Origin: Paragordius varius
Taxonomy: Eukaryota; Animalia; Nematomorpha
Length of the DNA: 64,000 nucleotides
Assembly: GCA_964247055.1 (NCBI GenBank)
Contig: OZ176054.1
Coordinates: 6,076,001-6,140,000, forward strand
Direction: 5' to 3'
Shown: positions 40,450 to 52,500 of the stretch, piece after piece
Numbering within the stretch: position 1 is the first letter of the stretch
Layout of the letters: every line of letters begins with the position of its first letter
Translations under genes and position numbers: made by a program
The notes under the pieces: model-generated
The model's database searches: none
Told to the model about the DNA's origin: nothing
The model's input: only the letters and a program-made list of their open reading frames with translations

Positions 40450-43400
40450 ATGTACGAGAGGCCGCTTACTCTTGATATCCAGGAAAAATGTTTAGTAATA
40501 ACGCTAAAAAACGGTATATTTTCTGTTTATTTTAGGGAAAAATGTAATGCACATTTTGTACTCGTATATTTTAAAATGCATGCCCATTCAACCTAAAGAA
40601 ACTGTCATTGGGATCAAAATAATTTATGTTAAAAGAAAAAAAATACTTAAATCAAACAAAATATCTCAACATGTATTTAATCCATCTTACTATCATTTGG
40701 AAATTAAAACTCTAGATTTAATTTTGAACAATCCAAATATTTCCAATATATATGATATAACAAACAAAATCAACAAATATATCGATAAAGGTAGAAACGG
40801 ATTACTATTTCCATCTCGATTATTCTTTATAATAAACCCTGTTGGAGGGCGGAAAAAGGGTTATAAAATATATGATAAAATTTGTAAACCATTTTTGCAA
40901 TTATTGGATCTTCCTTCAGATATTCTTAAAACCGAACATGCGGGCCATGCTTTTAATTATTTAGTAAACAAGGATATCAAGTTTAACAAGGAAATGCAAC
41001 TGATTGTGATTGGAGGAGATGGGACTTTAAATGAAGTTGTTAAAGGTTTGCCATAATATGAATTAAAATCGGCCCAAATTGTGTACTTCTTTGAATTTTG
41101 TCATTTTATTTTTGTAATAAATAAGTATTTAACAATTTTTTTCAATCTTTTATTCTAATTTATTGGAATTTTTTTATTAAAAATGTTTTAAAATTGCACT
41201 GACCATTTTTTCAAAGTTTTCATATTTATTCCTATTAAAGTTATACAGTAAAAAACTAATTATAGACGTGGCCAATTGAATATACCTTTTATATTTTCTA
41301 TTTTTATTACTAATAAAGTTAATTTTGTCCGGAAAAAAAGTTGTGCAATGAGTCATTTTAAAATTGTGAACTCATTTTTATTAACATAAACTAATCATAA
41401 CTAACATTATTAAATTAGTAAAAATAAGTGTTTTTGATATAAATAATGTCGATTTAAATATTAATATTATGTTAAATCTTTCAAAGATAGAGAAAATAAA
41501 ATAATTAAAAATGCAACGTACCTTTATTTTCGAAGCTAAGTATTATATGAGAAAAACTTTTTGGGCAGATTTTTCCTATATATAAATCCTTTTGCATTTT
41601 TGTGCCAAATTCTAGATTATTTAGTTAATATGTGACAATGCGCTAGATTTTTTATAATACATTATTTTTCCCATAGGTAATGATTAAATTACGACATAAT
41701 ATGTTAAAATCTTATATATAAATTAAAAATTACAATATAATTTTAATTAATATAAAATTTGAGCTATTAAACTTTATTAAAAAACCAAAAATATTAAATT
41801 AGGAAGATGTGATAAATATTCCTGCATTTCAAACAATTTGATCTTTATTATACATTAATTATATTACGATTAAATGCCTTTAGAGTATGGAACTTATTTC
41901 TTATTTTATCCCATTATATAACCGTATTATAATTTTGCTACCGACATATTTGGATATCCAAAAAAATAGTAAATATTTAAAAGCCCAAATCTTTCTATCC
42001 AACGGCATATTAATTATACACAAGGGTATGTGTGATGAAAAATAATTTTAAATGAAACCATGAAGAAAATATTTACAGTGTGCATTAATCTTGGTCAATT
42101 CGCATTATTTTTGCCCTAATTGGTAGTACTGTAGCGTATGATATAAAACAATTTTGTTCATAATTTAATAAAATTAAATGTAAGATTAAATTGTCAACCA
42201 TTTGTTGTTTTTGACCATATGCTACCCTATTGCCATGTCCAAAAATAATGTGAAGTGACCAATTTTGATGTGTGTAATAGTGATTATATAGAAATATTTT
42301 TCTGTTATATAAAGTTATATAATGTAAAAATTCTTCTCAAGTTAATAGTATTTTTTATCGAATAATAATATTTTTTGGTTTTATTTCAGTTAGTGTACGA
42401 ATATTCTTTATATCATGAATTTATATAATTAGCTTTCATGCATTTAAAGCAAGATGCGAAATTTGGTTCATCAGTCCCCGTGATTGGATTAATACCTGCT
42501 GGTAATATCCCAATCTTATACAACTTAATATAAAGGGACCTTCTCCCAATGGAGAAAATATATGGATGATTATCCGTATCATGATATATAGAATTAAATA
42601 TTTTTGATGAAATTTATTCAAAATTAATGATTAACTAAGATATATAATAATTACTAATATTATCAAGAGATTCAAAAAATAATCGTATTATTTTTGGCTC
42701 ATAATACGGCTTCCATATTACCCACCAAATTGTTGGAAATTATCTTCAACTTTAAACTACTACAACTTGAAAATAGGATCATTATTTAAAAATCGGAAAA
42801 GTGCATAATATCAGATTGAGCCAATTAGTTTATGAGCTATGTTTAATAAAATTGATTATGATGTAAGGGAAAGGTTAGGATTAAATTTTTTTCCCATATA
42901 AAATTAGGTTCTACAAATGCCACTGCATTTAGCCTATATGGGTGTGATGACCCACTCACAGCATTATGTCATTGTTTGTTGGGTAGGACTTTGCCTTTTG
43001 ACGTTGGGGTTACCGAATCATTGTTACAGCACACATATGATCCCGTGTTAAGAAACTGTATTACAAACCAAGAAGAAGTGACCTGTAAAGCATTTAATTA
43101 TACGAAAACATGGTATTCGCTATCTTTGTTATCGTATGGTTTTTTCGGTGACGTTTTAACGCGATTTGATGAATCCACCTTCTTTGATTCGAATACATGT
43201 AAGAATTTTGATAAAAATACTGCGGAGAACCTAGAACAGCTAAACATTCCTAAATTCAATGAAGCATTAAATGTAGCAAACAATAGGAGAACAAATTATA
43301 ATAGTATGAAAACTTGGTGGAAAAAGAAAATGCTTAAACTCATTCAAGGACCCATAAAATATGATTTAGCAGCAGCCAGCATCATAGTTTGTAGGGAAAT

Positions 43401-45404
43401 GGCATATCCTGCTACCGTCTTTTTTGAAAGCCAAAACGAAACAAATTACCAGGAATATTCGAATTCTAATATGGAGACAACATTTGAAAAATGTTCGCTT
43501 GATCAGGTTACAACCTTATCTGAAACGGGTTGTCACAGTGAAAAAGAACTAATCACATCACAAACTAACGATATATCAAGAACAACAAAAAAGCCAACAA
43601 AATCAAAAGCTAAACTAAGTTATCGCAACACTTTACATCAACACGAGAGTGTGGAGAAAATGTGTTTTCATCCTTGTTCCCAATGTAATTTGTCTGAACA
43701 AACGGATGAAAAAAATGGCTTTGAAGAAAAAAATGAATTTCCACCAAAAAATTGGTAGCAAATTTTTTTGACATTTATTTATAGTCGCAATGCGAAATAT
43801 ATATTAGTTACATAAGGATAAATAACATCAGAAAAAATCAATCCAATTATCGCATTTTCTATTATATTTATTGTATTATCATGATGGTAGTTATATTTAT
43901 ATGTTATTTATGCATGCTCTTTGAAATGAATAGTATTATTAAATGATTTTTTATTATATTATAGTCATGTAGTTAGCGGCCATTTCGATGCAATCATAGT
44001 TATGCCCATCAGTGGACGATGTTCCCGAACCCGGTGTGGTGTCTCACCTTTTGCTCATATCTCAGATGGTTTGTGCGATCTTATCTTTGTAAGGCCTGAA
44101 TATGATAATTGTCAATTTACAAAAAAGCAACGTTATACATCAAAACAATCGGACAAAACGGAAAATTTTGGTGATAACAGCCCCGGTAAAGCAAATCCTA
44201 CAAAAGAAAATTTACCGCAAAAAGAATCCTTAAACAACATTTTTCATGATTGTTTTTGTTGTCGTTGCCAATTACGGCATATTAAATCGCGATACCATTT
44301 TTTGAGATATGTCCTCCGTGTAGTACACCATCAAAATGATCCGGTAATATTCATTTATTTCTAAAAATTACATAGCTTGATGGTAGAGCGGTAACTAACA
44401 GACTTATACAGTTATATAACCAACTTATTTTAGACCTTAAAATTAAACAATTTTTACATAATTACCATCTGTTTTGTGCAAACAATTTTAATTTTTGGTC
44501 TATTAATATAAGACGTTACTCTTTTGCAAAAAAGAAAAATATACTTGATATAAGATATATTTTGCAATATAATGTTGTATTAATATTTCCTAGTTTGATT
44601 TACCGTTCGTCACGGTGTATCGAGTCAATCAATTCATATTTCTCCCTTTCTTGCTCAATAATAAAGTCATCCCATCAATCAAACCTGAGCTGCCTTATTT
44701 ACCTTACGACGATTTATCTCTACCGAATTTTACTTTTGCCTTACCTATATCATTTGCAACCTTTTGTGATTGTATAAAACACATATTAAATAATTCGGAT
44801 AATCTCAACGATATTAATAACTTAACTTCAGAATTAAGTCAATCATCTAACATATATATTTCTCCGGATCTAACAATGAATAAACAATCGAAAATATCAA
44901 ATCAAGATAATAATGACAATAATAAAGTCCCATATCTAACCATTGATCTCATACAAATACTCGAAAGTGTTAAATTGGCATGGAAGAATTTTAGGGTAGA
45001 AACCAAAAGCAACAAAGCTAACCATATTTCAACTTGGAATTGTGATGGAGAAATATTGAAATGCACTTTTATTTATCATAGGTATAATTATTTGTATTTT
45101 ATTTTTGGAAGAGGTTAGGCATTTTAGAATAATTTATTGAAAACAGTTGATTGTTAAATAGTTTTAAATAATATTTTGTTTTATTTTTATGTTAGTTAAA
45201 TATTAAATTCCGTAATTCCCATAATTTAAATAATTAATCGATTTCTATCATACATTTTTATTTTTTAAACAAAAAAATATTAAATGATTGAGTTATTTTT
45301 TATCAAATTTATATTTTAATTTGAATAATAATTTTAGGATTATGCGAGGTAACATTCAATTTCTGGCGTTAGGACCACAGTTTCCATATCCACCATTCAA
45401 TTAA
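40450..45404 (+). CDS. CERK: Ceramide kinase
   Basis: Exons: 40450-40513 (start tentative), 40536-41047, 42433-42501, 42908-43754, 43965-44343, 44594-45081, 45338-45404. Motifs: LFFIINPVGGRKKG, VIGGDGTLNEVV, IGLIPAG|STNA, LLSYGFFGDVL, GPIKYDLA, GVSPFAHISDGLCDLIFVR, FDLPFVTVYRV, WNCDGEIL. Confidence 0.9.
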
Positions 45405-45679
45405 AATCATGTGATATATATCTGAAAAAAGTCAAAGTTTACAACTGAACCGGAGATTATCTATCATATAATTTATTTATTTCTGAAATAATCTGACTTA
45501 TATACTATACAATATATTTTATTTTAGTGCATATAGTAGTGAGACATATTATTGAACATTTATGTTAATTGAATCTACTTAATTTATATATGATTATTTT
45601 ATAATAATGAATAGTGAATAAATTTTTATCATGATAAGTATATAGTTGGTGAATAATGAAACTTATATGTAGGTTGTAA

Positions 45680-47091
45680 TTAAAATCTTGCTTTCTTACA
45701 CATACATATATCACAGCCATTGATGTCTTTAACTCGCCCAAATTTGCAAACCAATGTGCAATCCAATTTAGAACATCTGCTTACTCCAACTGTGTAAAGT
45801 GTTTATTATTGTAAAAAATAGGAATTCATATACAATTAAAATTGAAATATTATAGGCAATACTAAAGACTAATAATATTTATGTTATATACCAGCCATAT
45901 TTTAAAAACCTTGATTTACCTATTGTTTTGAGTTGTAAAAAATGAATAGATGAAAATCGGTAACTCACCTCAATTAATTTCAATCGTTATCATTTGTTAA
46001 AGAAATTTATGTAAAATAAGGTCAAATCTATTGGGTTACCTTTAAAGATTTTAGTCTTTTTCTAACGTTCTGCCTTCATTATGGTGAAATTTGCTTTTAT
46101 AAATTTTTTTTTCAAAATAAAGTTTACCTTTTTGACAATTTACACGATTACCCAAGCCGTCATAAAATTCGGGAACACATTTCCCACAATTATTAAGTTT
46201 GCAAATAGCATTAGGGTTACTGGGACACCGAGCCCTATCACACGGATTTATCATACATGTTAAACGACGCACACCAATAGGACATGAAATATGTGAGGAC
46301 GCCATTGTTGTTGTTTCTAGCATTATCGGTTCTGTCTCTTCCGTTACAATAGTTGTTTCCTCGTGATCCATTAAATGATGAACTTTTTTAAATTAAAAAT
46401 GGAACATTTGAAATTTGTGGTACTATTTTATATTTGTATATGTCTTTTATCTTTTAATATTGTTCTCAAAAAACCCTTAGATAGATATTATGTGGTTAAG
46501 TTATGACTTAGTTTGAATCTTTCAAGCGCAAAAACAATCAACGCATCAATGCTTTTGAAAAAATTTTGATCTGATTAAATAAATTTATAGACAATCAAAA
46601 TACTAGTTTCACAAGAAACTTTGCGTTTGTTTAAATAGAATTCAGCTTCACATCTACCACAAGCATTAACTTTGCACACGGCACGTGGAAAATCGGCACA
46701 TTGTAAATTTTCACAAAGGTTGGGGCACATTTTTATTCCTCCTGTCTCACAGAGCTCACCTTTTACAAAATATTTTTAGAAATATATACCTTGCCAGAGC
46801 AATGTTTCATCAAAATTAGTGAAGATTAAAAATCGCTTCTTTTTTAAAAATTTTTTAGATCACAGTCCTGGTCGCAAATCAAATTACTTTATTTACCAGA
46901 TTCGGCATATTCTATTGATAAATTAATTAATTTTTATTTAGGTTTTATCAATTATTCACGAGGCAGCCCTTAATTGTGGACACCATTTTATAAAAGAATT
47001 TATTTTAAGAATTTATATAACTACTTGAAGCGAAATCATATCCGGTAAAACAAATTCCAATTATCACAATTATAAAGGTTGAATGTGACAT
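45680..47091 (-). CDS. Secreted cysteine-rich protein: signal peptide, two Cys-rich repeats, Thr/Glu-rich linker and C-terminal antistasin-like domain (putative protease inhibitor)
   Basis: Exons: 47091-47025 (MSHSTFIIVIIGICFTGYDFAS, signal-like), optional 46911-46897, 46759-46604 (CETGGIKMCPNLCENLQCADFPRAVCKVNACGRCEAEFY..VSC), 46382-46128 (CPIGVRRLTCMINPCDRARCPSNPNAICKLNNCGKCVPEFYDGLGNRVNC), 45789-45680 (CSKLDCTLVCKFGRVKDINGCDICMC, antistasin spacing). All junctions are phase 1. Confidence 0.78.
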
Positions 47092-47713
47092 TCGTAGAGC
47101 CAGAAAAAAAATGATTGATAAAATTTTACCTTGGTTTATATAATTAAAGTTTTATGGTTTTTGGCTAGGTAACAAATTGTTTTTTGAGATAATTTTTTTA
47201 TTAGATATATAAGAATCAAAACTTGTGATAAGATATTATTTTTTTATTATTCCTAGATAACCAGGATATTTAATAATATTGGTTTGTTCACACACTCTTG
47301 TAATTATTTTCACATTTATATAAAAGAATTTGTTAAGAATGAAATTTAAAATTAAATATAACCAAGTCTAATAAATATTTTATACTTTTAAATATTTTTA
47401 TGGACTAAAACTATCACAAACAAATTTATCTTTAAATTATCAAAATGTGTGTTGTTTCATATTAAATTTTTTCTTTATATGTCCACAAGACGTTTGGGAT
47501 TAACCCATTAAAGTTTTCAACAACACTGAATGCCAATTCGGGGTCATGATTCCAAAAAAAATTTGCGAAGAAGAAAAAACGTATTTAAAGTTTTCAAAAA
47601 AATCAAGACTAAGGTAACCAATTTAAAAAAATCAAAAGAAACATAAGTTGGATGCGTTAAAATTTGACGGAATTATATCATTTTATAATAAATTGCATTT
47701 TTTTGATATAAAT

Positions 47714-47925
47714 CAGGGCTTGGAACCGGAAACCGGTTACTGGGATTTTAACAAGAACCGATTCCATTAGGATGGAACCAATGCGGTTACGGTTCCACTT
47801 CTCCGGGACGGTACCGATTCCAAAATTTCAGGAACCACCCCGGTTCTATCGAAAAAAATTTAGGAATCAACCTGGTTCCGGTTCCAACCGTTCAGGAACC
47901 AACTCGTTTCCGGTTCCACCCCTTA
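47714..47925. mobile_element. hAT-like MITE rich in AACCGG/CCGGTT subterminal motifs
   Basis: Starts CAGGGCTTGGAACCGG; ends about CCGGTTCCACCCCT; about 10 (A)ACCGG-type motifs. Similar in style to 1041-1907. Related motifs also at 48720-48815. Confidence 0.5.
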
Positions 47926-48837
47926 ATTAGTGGTACCCATATGATATTTATTATAAAAAAATTTTTTCTTTATTAAATTTGATTGTACCACTTCATATCA
48001 CATATTTCAAACCTAAAATTAAGCGCCTAATATTATACTAGCGATTCTCTCTGAATTTTGGTCGATTCGGCCGTTTTAAAAAACTAATAGTCATAACTCA
48101 GGTTTAATTATAATACACATGTTCGTATATATATAAAGGTTTCCGTTGAAATAATTTTATTTTAGACGCGCGATATAAAAATGATATATTTGATGTTGTA
48201 CAAATGGATAAAAAGGGATGTTATTTAATATTGTTAATGAGGATACAGGCGTTTTGAGATTTATTCCCAGCAAAAATTATAAATTACAGGCTTGATTTCA
48301 CAAAAGACACTATTATGAATTTGAATAACATACCTTTATTCTTCGTTAGCGGATATATTGAAAATGTGATATACTGGAGGAAATTCACCCGGAGTTTTAG
48401 TATTTGGCCAACAATAATGGCCGTATCAACAACTATATTTTGTATAATAGATCCGAACGAAACTTTGGATTTAAATTTTTTACTTTGAGTTTTAAGAAGT
48501 AGCCCTAGGAATTACCTAAGCTATATTATAAATTAAATAAAGACTTTCTTAAAAACAAGATTATATTATTATACCTCATTACCCGTGTACTTTTTTTTAA
48601 CGTGCATTTCGCCATTAAATTTATTCGGATTTTATTTAATGAATAGTTGATATTTTGGTTTTTATTTTTATAATAAAATTGATCTATGAAATCATTATGC
48701 GTAAAGTTAGGAGTGAACGTAGGAACCAGTCACAAATGCAAATAACCGGTTCACGAGCCACTATATTAAACAATCAACCCATTCCGGTTCAACCATCCTT
48801 AAACCACCCTGGGTTGGTTTCATTTTTTTGACTTGAC

Positions 48838-48894
<57 letters not shown>
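48838..48894. repeat. (AT)n microsatellite
   Basis: About 57-bp AT dinucleotide run with one interruption. Confidence 0.95.
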
Positions 48895-48896
<2 letters not shown>

Positions 48897-49324
48897 GTCA
48901 GTAAATTTATTCTTTGTTTCATGAATAGATACGATTCGTACACGCGAGGCGTCTAATCCTGAGATAGCATAATTAGTTAACACTCAATAAAATTTTACCA
49001 AAACCGTTTCTATGATGCCGCTAAAGATTACGTACAGAATTATGATTAAATATATTTCTGATCAAAGAATAAAATACGATTTACATGGTCCTTCTTTGGG
49101 ATACAAAGTTAATTTTTGTTATATTTCCTCCATTTCGGAAATTTGTAAAATTTGCATATATCATGATAAATGAAAATATGCTGAAATTTAAGTACTTTAT
49201 TCCAAAAAATGTTGTTAACATATTTTATATACTAAAGTAAAAAATATTTATATAAAATTTTAGTTTTACGTCTTAAATATTTGATACCTTCTAAAAAGGT
49301 TCGGTTTTGTTATGATAACCACAG

Positions 49325-49326
<2 letters not shown>

Positions 49327-49364
<38 letters not shown>
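49327..49364. repeat. (AT)n microsatellite
   Basis: 38-bp perfect AT run, about 200 bp upstream of the MTMR start. Confidence 0.95.
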
Positions 49365-49366
<2 letters not shown>

Positions 49367-49560
49367 TAGATTGCGCAGGATAATATTTAATTTTTATCAA
49401 AATTTGGCGTATTATGAAAATTTAGAGACAGAATCTTTAAATATGATTCTGCATTTAGAATTTATGGTTAAAATTAATTATTATCGTTCTCATGCCTACA
49501 AGACGCTGGAGAATTTGATTTTTTAGAGTCATATATATTATGGGAGATGGCTAAAAGCAC

Positions 49561-52500
49561 ATGGAATTGATTTTAATTACTAGGGTTGAAAATGCCTTAT
49601 TGCTAAAAAACGCTTTATATGGACATAATGCAACTCAAAAAATAAATTTATATATAACAGCAACTCATTTTATATTGTCAGAAATAGAAGGCGATAAGAA
49701 TGAAAATTGGGTAAAGTTTTTGATAATTGTAGATATTGCATACGTTAATTGAATCCATTGAATTACTGTCATATGAGATTCGGGGTTGCCCTTTGTTAAT
49801 TAAATGCAAAAACTTTCAAAACTTTACATTGTTTATCTATAAAGACGGGGATAGATCTGATTTGTATCAAACGCTGCTTAATTTGTCCAAACCATCAAGA
49901 ATTGGTTAAAACATTTTTTTATATTTAGATGATTTGCCATTACTACACAATATTAAATCAATCAAAAACTTTCAGTCTCAAGGTTTAATTAATATATTAT
50001 AGTACTAGAGTACGACATTAAAGAAGAATATTCAAGAATGGGTTTACCCAATAAGGAGTGGGTTTTGACTTATCTGAATACTAGTTATCAGGTTTTTATA
50101 AAAATTTATTGATAGTTATGCGATTCATACCCAGAAACCCTGTATATACCATATCAAAGTACGCCACAAATTATTGTAGCATCTAGCAAGTTTCGGGGAA
50201 AAGGACGATTTCCTGTCTTAACATTCCTGGATGTAAACGGAGTAAGATATTTTAAAACATAATACTTTCCAGATTTTGCAGATTTTTATGTAATTAATTA
50301 ATTATATTTCACCATATATCATATTGTTTTTGATTGACAATTTAGTTTTTTTATAATAAAATAAGGTTGCCTTATGCCGTTCCAGTCAACCACTATCCGG
50401 TCTTAATGCGAGATCGTATGAAGATGAAACATATTTACGACATCTCGGTGCTTCAAATTCATATGTGAGGAAATCCTTCTCACAAAATCAGGATAAATTA
50501 GTTTCACTGCAAAACATCTCAACAAAAATCATAAATATTGCAAATCCAACTGATTGTGTACAAAATATGTCAAAAACTCCTAGCAATTTCAATTTCTTTG
50601 AAAATAATGACAGTGAAAATATCATTATAGAAAAAACTAAACCGCTTTTTATCGATAAAAATGATTCACATAACTCCCATACGCCACAAAATATGGATAA
50701 AATTAAAACCATGTCGATAAATAATAGCCCGGTTCCAGTAGGTTATGAAAATATTATGTTACCTTCACCACAATCCTTTACCTCATCAATAATGAATATG
50801 ACCTCCTTTGGCACTATAAACAATAATTATACGTTTAACAATAGTAACGGTAATATAGCTCAGCCTAATTCTTGTTTATATATTGTGGATACAAGACCTA
50901 AGGTGTTTAATTTAGTTTAAAAATATTCGCTAAAGTAATAAAAACGTTTATAGTAATAAAAATGAAATTTTTTAAATAAATATTAAACTCGACCAAAGAT
51001 TTGATTAGAATTGTTTTATTTAGTGTTTTCTTTATATATGCTTATGGCATTTATGGTTACTTGAATTTTTTTATTTTTCCAATTTAATATGCAAAAAATA
51101 TGTTTACTGTTAGATTAACGCTATGGCAAATCGTGCAAAAGGTGCTGGATATGAAAATCCAAATTTTTATACGAATGTTAAATTTTCGTTTTGTGCAATT
51201 GAAAATATCCACGTTATGCGCACTTCTCTAGCCAAACTAATTATCGGTCAGTTAAATAATTTATTTATTTTTATGAGTTATATGTAAAGCAAACTTTCGA
51301 TTTTTAGCTTGTCAATCTAAATGGGATGATATGGGAGGCTATTTGAGTGCGTTGCAATCCAGCTCTTGGCTTAAACATATTCGTGCCATTTTACTTTCTG
51401 CAACACTTATAGCTAAGGTTAATTCCACATAGTTATTAGCATAGTATTTGGACTTTTTATTTTTTAAGTTAAATTTATCTTTTTAATATCAACATTTTCT
51501 TGAATTTAAATAAATAACACTAGACAACAAATTTTAACTTTTTTTAACTGCCATTCTTGTAAATTTAAAATTTATTTGATTAAAGTACATAATTAGTATA
51601 TCTGAAAAGAAAATTAGTCTTACATTGAAGAATTTTTTTATATTAGAGTTTATCGATAATTTTTTGCCCCGATTTAACATTAAACTCGAAATTTCGAAAA
51701 TTTAAAGTTTTAGATATGAAGCCATGTATTTTATATCATTCGAAAGAGCGCAAAAAACTGCATCTTTTAAATGGTAGTAAGTCATTTAAATCCATCGGAT
51801 GTAAAAGTTATTTGGATTTAAATGGTCAAAATTTTCAATCCTTAAATAAGTCAAGAATTTTCGCAGACAACCCAATTTGTAAATCATATAAATTATTTTA
51901 ATATAATTATTAGGGTTATATTAGTATTTAATTTAAAAAAATGTTTGGAAAAGCTTTTGGTTTGCTTTTTTAATAAAAAATATTATTATCATAAATATTT
52001 TACCTAGTGGATACTAAAATGCATAGTTATAACTGTAAATTTATTACATAATGGCTAGAAAAGATCAAAAATACCTTAAACTTTGTTTTTATCTTTAAAT
52101 TTTCGAAATTATCAGCCTTGTAAAAAAAATAAATTAATATTGATGAGATGGTAATTTTTAAAAAACAAAAAACTTAAAAATGACTGTTTTGAGTGACATA
52201 AAAGCAATAAAAAATGTTTTAATCATAAAAAACTTTTTTGTGTTATCTTTTTTCGACATTCATCACCATCTAAACAAAGTTTGAGCTATTTTCATCCATT
52301 AGTTTTAAAAATATAATAATTAAAAAAATGCTCTCGCTTCGCGCGTTTGTCGCTCTTTGTGTCCAATATTAACTGGCAATGTAATACATATTAGTATACA
52401 TTTTATAAAGTTTTTAATACTCTTTCGAATGATATATTACAAATGGGCATTACTTGTATATTTTTAAAGAAAAACATTTTTTAGTAAAATTTTGATAAAG

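Noticed and set aside
46760-46789. A 30-nt GT-AG segment upstream of the first Cys-rich exon as another tiny intron
   Set aside because: The upstream frame hits a stop within about 22 codons, with no start codon or good acceptor; splicing from 47024 or 46896 explains the gene better.
48761-49526. ORFs with IYIYIY runs (48761-48943, 49281-49526; also 15354-15574)
   Set aside because: Translations of (AT)n microsatellites.
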